A stretch of DNA of 64,000 bases from Amoebophrya sp. A120 (Eukaryota > Protista > Dinoflagellata): contig CAJINV010000019.1 of assembly GCA_905178155.1 (NCBI GenBank), positions 316,475 to 380,474 on the forward strand, read 5' to 3'. The position numbers were made by a program, and so were the translations under genes. Below the pieces are notes generated by a model. The model worked only from the letters and a program-made list of their open reading frames with translations, had not been told where the DNA came from and did no database searches. Below, piece by piece: positions 38,518-50,431 of the stretch (positions are counted from its first letter, which is position 1; each line of letters opens with the position of its first letter).

Positions 38518-41500
38518 TCATTCCACAAACTGCCACAGAGACGCGTCCGCGACGACCTTCTTCCAATTTGCGCGCAGCCCCATTCGCGCCGCCTTCCCCG
38601 CCCCGCGGCTTGTGATGCGGCCACCGCACGCCTTGGGACCGAAGTCGCGCAGGAAAAGACAGAAGGTCTCCGCGCCGTTTCGCTGACTTTGGTATCCTGA
38701 GTAAAAACGTCCCCACCCCAGAGTTGTCATGCTAAAGGAATTGCAGCACACTTTGCCCTCCCCTCTGCCCCAGGCCGCAGATGGCTTGACACGCAGGGGG
38801 GGTAGGTCAGGCGGACACCGAAGTGCCATCGCCATCATCTCCCGGCCACTTGCCATACTCTTACGCAACCTGCCATACTCCTCACTTTTTCGCAACCAGC
38901 CTTACTTGTCTCACAACCAGCCTAACTTTTCGAGCCAACACTTAGTCCTTTTGCCAACAGTTTCACGCCCACATCCAACACGCTAACACTATGAGTGGAG
39001 AAGTCCAGGTCTTCAGTAATAATTACCATACTGATACCTGCGGCAACATCTCCATTGCGTTACTATTCAGAAGGCTGCAAACACCAGAGGCAGATAGCGA
39101 CGCGCGCATGCCTAAGATGCGCGCATGCCCATGCTGCAAACCCCAGAGTTGTCATGCAAATGCGCAATGACAGGAACATTTGTAGTGCGAAACTCCATGA
39201 GAGGGATTGCCAGTCGTGTTTTGGCATTTGTAGTGCTGTAAACAGGATGAGAAAATGGCTTTCTCATGCGGCTTTCCTTGCTAGCCAGCACTACGCTGCA
39301 GATGGAAACTTGTCATGCAGACCTCCCAAAACTTGGGGATTTGTGTTGCAGACTTCACATCTTGACTATGGTGTGGGTACGTTTTTACATAGGATATCTG
39401 GTAGAGCATGTTCACTCCCAGACTTGCTTCCAGCATGGTGGCATCCGAAAAAAACATTTCCGGCAAAAAAATTGCGTATCACGTGCAAAAATGTCTGGGT
39501 CTGGAAGAATGCAAGATTTGTCATGCGTATTTCTCATGACCCATGATGCCTGTAATGCATGACCTAGCATCGCAGACTTTTAGAGGGCTTCCTGATGCAT
39601 CTTCCGCATGAGAAAAACCCTGCCCGTGTAGCACAAATTGTACCCCTCTTGCTGGTCATGCAATACAAATTTTTTTGGTTAACAGACCAGAATCTCAACG
39701 TTCTTGTCTCAACGTTCATGAGGCCGATGGGCAATCGTCTCAACGATTGCCCGGCGGCCCCAAACAACGCTCGTCGGTAGCGGCGGAGAGGTACGCCCGC
39801 CGCCATTGACGCGAGGCGGGGTCGATGAGACACAAGGAGGGCAAGGACGCGGCAACACACACGGGCAGGGGTGCGGGTGTGGAACACAACACAAGGAAAG
39901 GGGAGAGTCGTCGGCCAGGGCAGCCGCCGCCGGCCGGCCGGCCGGCGGCGGCTGCCCTGGCCGACGACCAGAACCCCAAACCCTAGACCCTAATCCCTAA
40001 ACGGTGCCGAAGTTGAGGCGTCGGTGTCAACGTTGGGGCGTTTTGTCTCAACGTTGAGACAAATTGGCGTGGTTGAGATTTTGGTTTGTCAACCAATTTT
40101 TTTTGAGTCCAAAAACAGCATGACAAATTGCAATCTTCCAGACCCAGACATTTTTGCACTTGATATTGCGTCGCCCGGACCGATTTCCACCTCCGAGATG
40201 GTCACGTTGTGCGTTTGGAACTGCGTCCGAAGCCGGCGAACCGCTGCGAGCTGTTCCTGCTCATTTTCCGTGTCTGTCACTTCATCTTTACTACTTTCCC
40301 GGTTAAAAATAGTGCCTCGTTCTTGAGATAAGCCGGTGGTAGCTGTGGTCTTCCTCCTCCCGTGGTTTTCCTTGTCCTCCTGCACCAGCATGAGATCCTC
40401 ACTAATGCGTCGCAGCTTCCACAAAGTATCAAAAGCCTCCCCGGAGTACATCAAATCTTGCCCTGGGGAAGAGGAAAACTCTGATGTTTTTCTCCCCAAG
40501 TCCGCTCGCAAGAAATCCCCTTCCTGTGAAGTTGGAGACAAGTGCGACGTGCTGCGGAAATTGTCGTCTTGCTCGTTCGCTGCAATGAGTGGGAGACCGT
40601 CAAACAGGTGCATTTTGCGCCGCCCCCAGTAGTTCACCAGTAGCTTTGCGTTGCAGTCATATGCAATACAAATTCATTCCCGTACATGTACAAAATGCAT
40701 GTACAATTCTCGCTATACTTGGAGCGTCAAACTTGTCATGCTGACAACTAAAGATTAAACACGAGTTTCGTCATGCAGAGACAGCATTTGGCCGTGTACG
40801 GGAATAAATTTACAGTGAATACGTCAGTATGCGCGTTCACAACCGTCCCCGCGGAGCCGCCGGTCAAATGCCTCGATTCGAAAAGCAGATGCATCCCGAT
40901 ATCGGGATCAATCGCCAGCTCGGTCGGTGGGCTCTGCGGCGCGGAGAGGATCTTCCGGTGCAGGTATGGCAAATGTGAATGCGGACAAGTGACTCCCCCT
41001 GGTCGTGGTGTTCCTCCTTAATACAAATCAATGGAGAGTACAAACCTACTCACTCTTTGTTTTGATTGTTATTTCGCACTTTTTGCATGACAAGTTTCGG
41101 GATGATCCCAAACATAACTACATCACTCTAGGCGTAAGTAGTTTTATCCTGCGCGAGCTTCAACACTGCTGTTTTCGCATGACAGGTTGCTGTCCGACAT
41201 CCCATGCTGCAAGTGAGGGAAAGATTAAGGGAGAGTCTTCTTGTTGCAGTCTGATACCAAAACGGGCGCGGACGCTGGGTGAATGTCTTCGACACGTTCT
41301 GGCATATCCTCCTGAAGGTAGAGCTGGTACGGGATTAAACTAGCACCATTCGACGTAGAGAGGCCCTTCGTTTCTGTACTGCCGCTGCTCGCAGTGGTCG
41401 CATAGTTAACATCAAGCCCCTGTGCTGGTCGTGCCTGCATGTGCGGAAAATCTTCCACGGGTGCTGCGGCATCTGTTGACGACCCCATGACCCCGGCCTC

Positions 41501-44500
41501 GGGCGGCCACGGTAGAAGCAGTTTCCGCATTTGCTCCATCGAGCAGACGAAGTCCACCGGGCGGTCGACCCAAGTTTCGATGGCGCCCAGGTGCCACGCG
41601 GCGCAGTAAAACTGGTTCGCCGCCGGCCCCCAATCCTCAAGCGAAGCGGTCCCATTCAGGGCGTGAAAGGCCTGCGACACGTGCACCGGCACCTCGAACC
41701 TGCCAAAGCTTCGAAAGTCGTTGCACATCGTCTTCCACCGCTTCCGGGTTCCGAACCGCCCAAAACGAGACTGAAAAAAGCTACGCGGCGCGGCGTGCAG
41801 CGCGACCAGGTTCCGCTTCATTTGCGCCTGTCGGATTAGGTCCGCGCGGAGAACATCGGCATCTTCGCGCGCATGCGGTAGCGGGTAGGGGCTGGCTTTG
41901 GTCTGAGGGGGCCTACTCCGGGCAGAAGTAGTTGTGCTTCGTGGTGGCCCAACAGCAATGTCGTACTTCGTGGTAACCACAGTCTGTTGTCGTGGTTGCG
42001 CGCTGCCGGCGGGAGGCGTTTGCTGGTGGAAACGGCCGGCGCCTGGGCCTTCACCATTTGAAGGTCCGCCCTGAACAACAACTGCAGGTCCAGAGCCTGC
42101 TTGTCCTTTCGCGGGAACACCAAAACCAGAGGGCGGGTTCTTCTTGTTTACTCCTTGCTTGTCTTTCGCGGCTTTTTGCTGTGCGGTTTTTTGCCCCTCC
42201 TCTTCCGCCTTTTCCGCCCTTCTATCAAATGTAAAAATGTCTGGGTCTGGAAGAATGCAAATTTGTCATGCTCGTTTGGCATGACTCTTAAATCTGTCAT
42301 GCACATTACCAAAGAGCCCCACTTTGCTGTCATGCAGAAACGTAGTTTGTCATGCAGAATAGGCAACACCTAGAAGCTCAGAAACTTGTCATGCTGAGCC
42401 AGCAATTGTGGCCTCCTCATGATACGCCACACAGCATCACACGTTTCCAGACCCAGACATTTTTACATTTGATACCTTCTGATGCCCTCCAATACTTCCG
42501 CAATGCTCCGCGTCCCCTCCGGAACCCCGACGTTGCGGAGGATCAACGGCTTTCGGGTTGTATATCAAATGTAAAAATGTCTGGGTCTGGAAGAATGCAT
42601 GTTTGTCATGCTTGTCTGGCATGACTCTTAAATCTGTCATGCACGTTACCCAAGAGCTCCATTTTTCTGTGATGCAGGAATGCAGTTTGTCATGCAGAAT
42701 AGGCAACACCTAGAAGCTCAGAAACTTGTCATGCTGAGCGAGCATTTGTGGCCTCATCATGAGACGCCACCCAGCATCACAAGTTTCCAGACCCAGACAT
42801 TTTTACATTTGATATTGTAACGTGGTTCGCTAAGATGCGCAGCAGCTTGCGGTTTTTCCATCCCTTGTTGAAGCGCGCAAAGTTCAAGGTCCGCACGGAA
42901 GACATTTGAAAGGATGCAGGAGGGGCGGTTTGCTGTAGTCCGGCGCGTTCTTGCTTACGACCAAGTGGCGCTTTTCGTGTGTCCGACGCCGCGTCGTTGT
43001 GTTGCTTAAGTTTCTTCGCTCCATGACCTTCTTGCTCTTATCCTGAGTAAAAACGTACCCACACCAGAGTCAGGATGGGGATTTTGCAACACAAACCTAG
43101 GAGCTTTGTGAGTCACGCATGACAAGTTGCACTCTGCAGTGTAGTGCAGGTTAGAAAGTGCAGCCGCGTCGCAGATTCATCTGCTCATCCTGTTCACAGC
43201 ATCACAAATTCCAAAACACGATTGGAAATGGCTCTCATGGGGATGCGCATTACAAGTCTTCCTGTCTTTGCAAATCTGCATTACAACTCTGGTGTGGGTA
43301 CGTTTTTACTCAGGATAGTTCTATTGTCCGCCCAAGCTCAACCGGCGTCGTGCGCTCTGGACGCGCTGGTTGGCCGTGCTTGGTATAACCCGCTCAGGTG
43401 TTACAATCTCAAGCGTTACAATAGAATTTGGAAATCTGTGATGCCAGAATGCATGATCTAGCCAATTCTCATAGGATTGCGCATGACAGGTTCCGGAGCA
43501 TCAAACCCCACTACAATCTGGCGAAATTTGTATTGCAGAAAGTGGAACGCTCTGCGAGTCTGTCATGCTCATCATGCAAGACAAATCTCAGATTCTATTG
43601 TAACGTTTGAGATTGTAACGTTTGAGCAAGTCATACTTGGAAGAGGGACTATTTATTCGGTGTTTCATCTTCGCTCTAGTTCGTCTTCTTGGGGTTCTAC
43701 TGACACCACTTTCGCTGCTAGCACTTATCCTATGTAAAAACGTCCCCACCCCATAGTCAAGTTGGGAACATAGCAAGACAAATCCACAAGTTTTGGAAGC
43801 CACGCATGAGAAGTTGCAGTCCGTAGTGTTGTGCATGTTAGCAAGGACAGCCGCATCACAAATCCATCTGTTTATCCTGTTTACAGCATTACAAATTCCA
43901 AAACGCGATTGGAAATGCCTCTCATGGAGATGCGCATTACAAATCTTCCTGTAATCGCAAATCTGCATGACAACTATGGAGTGGGGACGTTTTTACAAAT
44001 GATAGCACTCTCTTCTTCCTCACTGTCGCCTATCCATAAAAAAATGACCATTCCCATCCATTTTTTGCATGACAAATTCTAGTTTGTTATAATGAGCTTT
44101 ATGCATGTTTTGCATGACAAATTGGATGAGGATGGTTGTTTTTTTGTGGACGATATCGTCAGCAGAAGAACTACTTCCCCCTTCGCCGCGCTCTTGTTCT
44201 TCACTACTACTGTCAACGCTATGGAAGCGTCAGGTTTGAAATCGTCAAAGTTAAAATAATAGTTTGTCATGCATAAAATGCATACCGCGAAATACGTGTG
44301 TTGCAGAGCAGGCAAGTGAGGCAGATTGTGAGCCTGTTGAGGGGTAGAAACTGAGCTGCTAAAGTAGCATGAGAAAATCAGTCATCTTTGCCTAAACGGC
44401 ATGACAAACTGCATTTCGGCTCTACCCAAATTTGTCATGCGCCACTTGGAAACTGCGTCACCACTTGCATCCATTTTATGCATTACGAAGTTATTTCAAC

Positions 44501-45913
44501 TTTGTCGATTTCAATCCTGACACATCCATAAACGCTGCGGCGAGCGTAACTTTTCGACGCCGGCGTGCTGCCATAATTTTTGTCGTCCGTACTGGCGCTT
44601 GCGCTGTCCTCCTCCTCGTCATCGTCGGGAGCAGCAGTGCTAGCAGTACCAGATTTCCTCGGTACCACAACATCTTCAACCACGCGAGCATGAGAAGGTA
44701 GACGATCTACGTGATGTCGTGCTCTCTTGTTTTTGTGTCCACCTGCTTCCTTCTCTCGTCGTGCAGGGTTAGTAGTAATATGATTCATCTCTTGATTTTT
44801 CAATTTTTCCATTTTCCTCATCGTGCCTCCTCCTCCTTCCAGCTGCACTGGTCGCGGCCGCCCGTGAAGCTGGCGAGAAAGCTGATGTTGTTGACCGTCG
44901 CCGCAGTAGTCCTTGTCATCTCCACCGCCCGACACACCACGCCTTGCAGGGATAGATGAAGAGGATGGCACTTGCAGATTATGATTACCATAGGGGTTCT
45001 TCACGTTGTAAAAATAATCTTCATATGTTGCGTGAACATGATCGTTTGTGTTCATCCCGATATCAGACGGAGATCCATTTGGCATTTGTTCCCAAGCTGC
45101 TCTACCGCCCCCATCTGAGTAGGTCGTTTCACCGCTCGACGCGAACCGGCTCGCCGTTCCGCATGGTGCCTCCGTCTGCTGGTAGTACTGCCCCCCAGAT
45201 GAGGTTCTTGTAGCGTCAACCTCAACACGAGAAGTTGGAAACGAGGAGAAGAAGGAAAAACCAGATCCTGAAAAAGATTCTCCGGGGGGAAATAAAGTAG
45301 AAGCACCTCTTCCTGCAGGTAGTTGTTCATCTGTTCGTGTTCTTCCAGAGCTGGAGTGAAAAGAAGCGAGAACTGAACTCGCAATTGAGAACTCAAAAAA
45401 GCTGTCCCACGTCCTCTTCAGGAAATAAGTTGAAGCTCCTTTTGGCTGCTCGTCCTCGGCCTCCGAAGGGACAGGGAGAAAACTCGTCTGGTGCAGGTAC
45501 CCGACCAGCACGACGGAACCCGCTGCGAGTAAACGCCAGCGGAACAGCAACCCAGGGAAGTAGTTATCATGGTGGCTTGGTTTATTGCGCTCTGTAGTAG
45601 ATGATGATGTTGATGAAGGTGGACAATTTATAGCATTTCTAAGGCCCGTCCATGGAGTCCCGGCCCCGGTACAGGTGGTAAGCGGTTTCATAATGGTCTC
45701 CGTCTCGTGATGAGTTAGTTTCTGCCTGTCGCGAAGACCTGTAGCCTGGCACGGTTCCTTTTTTGTCCTCGTGCTGGTGTTTGACGACGCAATAGTAGCT
45801 GTGGCTGGCACGACTGCCCCGGTTGGTGGTTTCGATGTCAACATGCTCGTGCTGCCACACGAAGGAGCCTGGGCATGTTTTGGCCGATAATTCCCTTTCG
45901 TCGCCGCCGGCAT
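38518..45913 (-). CDS. JmjC/cupin-like protein, paralogue 2 (H-x-D...S) with long N-terminal extension and a TM segment; 10 TIR elements
   Basis: Frame continuous from ATG 45913 through the elements to KPLILRNVG; then YQLYL, NAHTDCNAKLL...GRRKMHLFD, IGPGDAIFLPEMFFSD, VNMLY, FGPKACGGR, stop at 38518. Confidence 0.78.
38693..39396. mobile_element. Family B TIR element with ~350-bp nested insertion (~38782-39132)
   Basis: TSD TTTGG/TCTGG; collinear with copy 9674-10003 except for the insert. Confidence 0.85.
39477..40165. mobile_element. Family A TIR element carrying a nested MITE
   Basis: TSD TTGCG/TTGCG. Confidence 0.9.
39677..40094. mobile_element. Nested MULE/Mutator-like MITE
   Basis: TIR GGTTRACARACCARAATCTCAAC, 9-bp TSD AATTTTTTT, subterminal TCTCAACG repeats, 62-bp internal palindrome. 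Confidence 0.78.
40660..40821. mobile_element. Singleton (N) TIR element splitting the JmjC HxD region
   Basis: TIR TAT.......AAATTYATTCCCGTACA; TSD AGTCA/CGTCA. Confidence 0.87.
42223..42474. mobile_element. Family A TIR element (252-bp subfamily)
   Basis: TSD CCTTC/CCTTC. Confidence 0.9.
42563..42814. mobile_element. Family A TIR element (252-bp subfamily)
   Basis: TSD TTGTA/TTGTA. Confidence 0.9.
43039..43317. mobile_element. Family B TIR element (opposite orientation to 13544-13822)
   Basis: TSD GCTCT/GTTCT. Confidence 0.9.
43384..43635. mobile_element. Family E TIR element
   Basis: TSD CTTGG/CTTGG. Confidence 0.9.
43726..44004. mobile_element. Family B TIR element
   Basis: TSD GCACT/GCACT. 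Confidence 0.9.
44031..44155. mobile_element. Singleton (O), shortest TIR element (125 bp)
   Basis: TIR core TCCAYAAAAAAA..ACCAT..CATCCA; TSD TCGCC/TCGTC; frame restored. Confidence 0.8.
44220..44530. mobile_element. Family C TIR element
   Basis: TSD AACGC/AACGC. Confidence 0.9.
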
Positions 45914-46581
45914 TATTTTCGTTTGGTCAATCTCAATTGCTCGCTCCTGGTCATATTGATAGATAAATGTCTCTACTTACACCTCCTCCGATAGGTCATT
46001 CACCTTCTTAACGGGCGTTGCAAATCACAAAGGAAAGGATTGGATCACAAGAACTTTATTCTCTTGCAAGGGCACGAAGGAATTGGATCACAAGAGAAGA
46101 TTTCAGTTTTTTATTGCTTGTGGTCACATCAGCATGTACAAGTAGTTTAGGATCTTCCTCCTTGAAAGGAAAACAATGCTAGCCTTAGCGGCGGATGAAA
46201 AGAAAGGTCAAGGTAGTTTATTCACACAAAGGAACGGACGCGGAAGATGTTGCTGACATCGTTGACACGTCGGGAGCTAGTATAGAATGCTGTACCACTA
46301 CCAGAATGGCACAGATTCGACGCGCAGGTCTCTGTGTTTGTACAACGTTGAACACATGTCGCACTTTGAGTCAAACCACACGAAGCTGCAAGTGTGGCAT
46401 GAAAGTAGCAGGGCGAAGAAACCAAACCACCTTCGACTTCATTTACAACTAACGTAACCGGAAATAACTCATAGTACTGCTTTCGAATTTGTATAGATTA
46501 TATGAATTTTTCATGGGGGTTGGCAGTGAAAGTCAGTTTACGAAAAATGAAATCAAAAATCAAACTAAAAAAACGCGGCTA

Positions 46582-49456
46582 CTAGTGTAGCCCTGCCTGG
46601 GTTAACATGCAGTGAAAAATAAACCTATCTACAAAAATCTGAATCTGTATAATTACGACTCTACGAGGGCTGGAAGGGCTCTCCTCCGCTCCTTCCTCAG
46701 GATCCTCCTCGGACCCTGCCGCCTGTTGTCTCGCCGCGACTTCTATGAGAGTGCACAACTCCCCCTCCCCCTCATTTGTATTGCATGAACAGCAAGACAA
46801 GCGTCAGCAAGAATACAGGTTTTGCATGACAAATTTGGACAGGAGTGTAGCGCTATTTGGGCTGCCAGAACTTGTCATGCAAACAGTGCGAAGAGGCAGA
46901 GGGTGAGTTTGGTATTTTGCATGACAAATGAGGGGGAGGGAGAGTTGTGCACTCTCATAACTTCTCGTGCGGGACGGACACCGGAAACTGAGCGCCCAGA
47001 AGGACTCTCCTGTCGGTTGCCCGTTTGCGTCTGCGTTTTGGAATTCCAAATCGATTCCCACTGTGAGTCTTCGCATGTCCGGCGAAAGGAGAAAGTCCTG
47101 GTGCTCTGCGTAGAGTCGCTCCTTCATGATACTCTTCAACCGCAAGTTCGTTCCCGGCTGCCCTCCGCGGGACGGTATCCTCGAGATGAAAAGGGAGCTA
47201 CTCCTAGCACAGAACATCGATTTTTGTTTTTCATGTCATACACTAGAAGCACCGTTATTTGGTTTCCTATGTAATATGAGGTGGAGATTTTTGAAGATGT
47301 ATCTTTCCATTAAGGGTGGAAATGCGACGTATAGGAAAGATGAAACCAAAAAACGCAGAAGCAGAACTCGTTTCTTGCATATTACTTACTACATGCCGGC
47401 GAAGTTCAGCCGCCGCTGTGTGCTGCAGCGCCATCTCTCTGTCCATGACAAATGTTCAGTTATTTTCACCGGTGGTTATATACTGTGTCTTTGCATGACC
47501 ACTGACAAGTCAAACTTCGTGCTCTTGCTAGTGTAGCATTATGAATTCTCCAGGCGATAAAATCCGGTACATGCGGCATGTGTACTTCGAGGCCGTCATG
47601 CCCACCGTCTTTCGCGAGAAACGTCTCAACGTAGTCCTGCAAAGGGCGTCCGCAACCCTTCTTCGTCAGGCTCCCCAGCAGGTCAATGGCCACCTCCGTT
47701 TTTGTGACCTCTGGGTGCGGAGGCATACTGCTCCTTCGCGATGCTTGCTGGTCTGGCGATGTTGGCCCCCCTACCCCGCCGCCACCAGCAGAAGATAGAG
47801 CTGCACCTGCTCCTGCAAACGACGTCGGCTGCTCTAGTGATCCACCTGGCGGTCGTGGAGCCATTTCATCATCCAAAACAACCTCTGGCGCAGAAGCGGC
47901 AAGTCCCCGTGGACGAAGTGCCGCGCCTGCTAGGGGTCGATCTTCTCGTGCATCGTCACTTTGCTGCATCTTCCGTGTATTTGTTCGCCGTGATGATGTT
48001 TTTAGAGCTGCAGCACCAGTTTCTGCGTCCGGTACTAGTGCCGATCCTGCGTCGTCGGCCTTTCCCAGTGCTATTCCTGCTTCTTCTCCAGAAGAAGCAG
48101 CCTCCCCTCCAGAAGAAGCAGCCTGGTGTGCTGCAGAAGTTGTTTCTGCTTCCTGTTCTTGTTCCCTGGTCCGCAGCGGAGTTGTTCTTTCCTTCTGTTG
48201 CAACATCGAGTCCCAGAATTCGTCATCCGCAACGTCGTATCAAAAGCAAAAATGTCTGGGTCTGGAAACTTGTGATGCTGGGTGGCGTCTCATGAGGAGG
48301 CCACAAGTGCTGGCTCAGTATGGCAAGTTTCTGAGCTCCTTGGTGTTGCCTATTCTGCATGACAAACTGCGTTTCTGCATGACAGAAAAAGGGGGGTCTT
48401 GGGTAATGGGCATGACAAATTTAAGAGTCATGTGAGACAAGCATGACAAACTTGCATTCTTCCAGACCCAGACATTTTTGCACTTGATACGTCGTCGGGA
48501 TCTGGGAGCAGCTCGTGCTCCGGAAAGAAGTCGTAGTCGTCGTCAGGTCGGAGGTCGTGGTCACTGTGACTGCTGTCATGCTGTGAAGGCGATCCCTCGT
48601 CCGAAACTTCGCCGGAGTGATCCACATCGGAAAACGACGAGGAAGACTCGTCCTCCTGTTGATCAAAACTGTCCTGGTTGCTGTTTCGCAAAGCCTCCTC
48701 GAACGAGGAAGTTGGAACTGGTGCGGCGCCGGCTGCTCCTCGGGCTTCACCCGTAGTCTGGCCACTGTCAGTCGAATCCTCGAAGGAATTCCTATCGGAC
48801 CTGAGTTGTCCTAGAAGATCCTCGGTTCTTTCGATTCTCTGCGTGCTGGGAGGTTGTTCTTGCTGAGTTTTAATGCCTTGACGGACGTTCTTGCTCTTGT
48901 TGATGCTGCTAGCTTTGGTCCTATCAATGGGCTCGTCGAGGACTTCCGATAGCTTCCGCGCCGAAACGACAGGAAAAATCATGCTAGTAGTAAACAGATG
49001 CGACAGGGGGCCGGTTGCAGTTCTTCTATCACCAGAAGAATTTGTTGTTCTTGTTTCCCAGCCGCTCCATTGGAGAAATCCTACATGGTCCCGCGTTGCA
49101 CACAGCAAAAGCAAGGCATAGAAGTAGCGGTAGTGGCAGTTGAAGCGGTACGACTGGTCGGAAGTAGATCTACTTTTTGTCCTGACGACCACCTCGCTGT
49201 GTCTACTTCCGTGCTCAAAATCTTCGTCGCGGCCACTTCTATTTCTTGCCGTATCTCTGCCTTGTTGAGCAGCGCATGAAGATGTTGTTTCTTGTGGCTC
49301 CTCGGCATTCTTTCTCCGTTTCCTCGTATGACAGCCCACGTTGATGTTGGAAAATAGTGCGAGGCGCAGGCGGTGCCAGGCGTGGTAGTCCTCGTAGTTC
49401 TTCTTCATTTTTTCTCGTCCGGCCAGAACTTGTAAATCCGCCCCTCGTCCGAGCAT
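46582..49456 (-). CDS. Hypothetical low-complexity protein with a hydrophobic segment; 2 TIR elements; 3' end uncertain
   Basis: ORFs 48428-49516 and 47466-48206 join in frame after removing element 48238-48489 (PDD|VADDEFWDSMLQQ). Confidence 0.55.
46744..46959. mobile_element. Singleton (L) TIR element (TATGAGAGTGCACAACTC)
   Basis: TSD ACTTC/ACTTC. Confidence 0.9.
48238..48489. mobile_element. Family A TIR element (252-bp subfamily, reverse orientation)
   Basis: TSD CGTCG/CGTCG. Confidence 0.9.
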
Positions 49457-50431
49457 CCTGCTCCGGATGTAGTTGTTGAAACAGCGCTCCTTGTTTTTCC
49501 TGATTAAGGGGTACAACTAGCTTAATTACGTATAGGTGCGGCGACCAAATAAAATGTTGTGATCACAATTTATTATCCTCTTCTTCCTCTTCTATCCTCT
49601 TCTTCCTTCCTTCTTAATGTACTGGGAAATTAAAATGATGAGCAAAACATTCTAAGCGAGCGCAATAAGAGGGGAAATTCTACGTATAAAGAAGTACGAA
49701 GGAAATGGGGGCGAAAATGGTTTTGAGCGTGTCACCTTCACCTCTGAGACTAGTGGGTCAAGAAAAATCCAGGGAAGTTGCTATGAAAATCATCGGTTTT
49801 TTCTCATGATGTATGAACAAGCGAGCTCGAGGACGAGAATCATGTGGTCTTTCGAGCACGCATAATTTTTTTTTACAGAAATTATCCAACGATGTCATTT
49901 CCAACGGTACGACCGGAATGTGGTACGAAGGAATAGAGAACGACCGAGCTGTGCCAGAATAAGACCACGTTCTTGGACGAGAGCTTTCTTGTTGCAGCAC
50001 GAAGGGACCGAATATTTCCGGAGTGTCAGTGTTTTTTGTGTTCACGCCTCTACAACAAAACTCTTTTGCACGAAAATTCAGATGATTACAGGCAGGTGAG
50101 TAAGTCAGCAATTATAATCCGACGACAGAGACCGGTCCCTAGGGACGAAAAGACAAACCGAGGAAAATTGCAAACATCAATAGAGCATCTGTCGTTAACG
50201 AATCACGGCACCGAAAGTGGAAAAATGACAATGACGCTTTCTGTTCTGTAGGCGAAATAAACCGATGAACGCTACATCTGACAGCGAACGACTTTTACCG
50301 GCAATATTTTCTCTTATTACAGGCATAGCAGGAGCAAATAGTACTTTCTTATTCTTACGAGTACTTAGATAGTGCCTTCGAAGGAGAACAATTTTCGTCT
50401 GAACTGTCCATCGCCCTTCTCCTGTTCTGCG

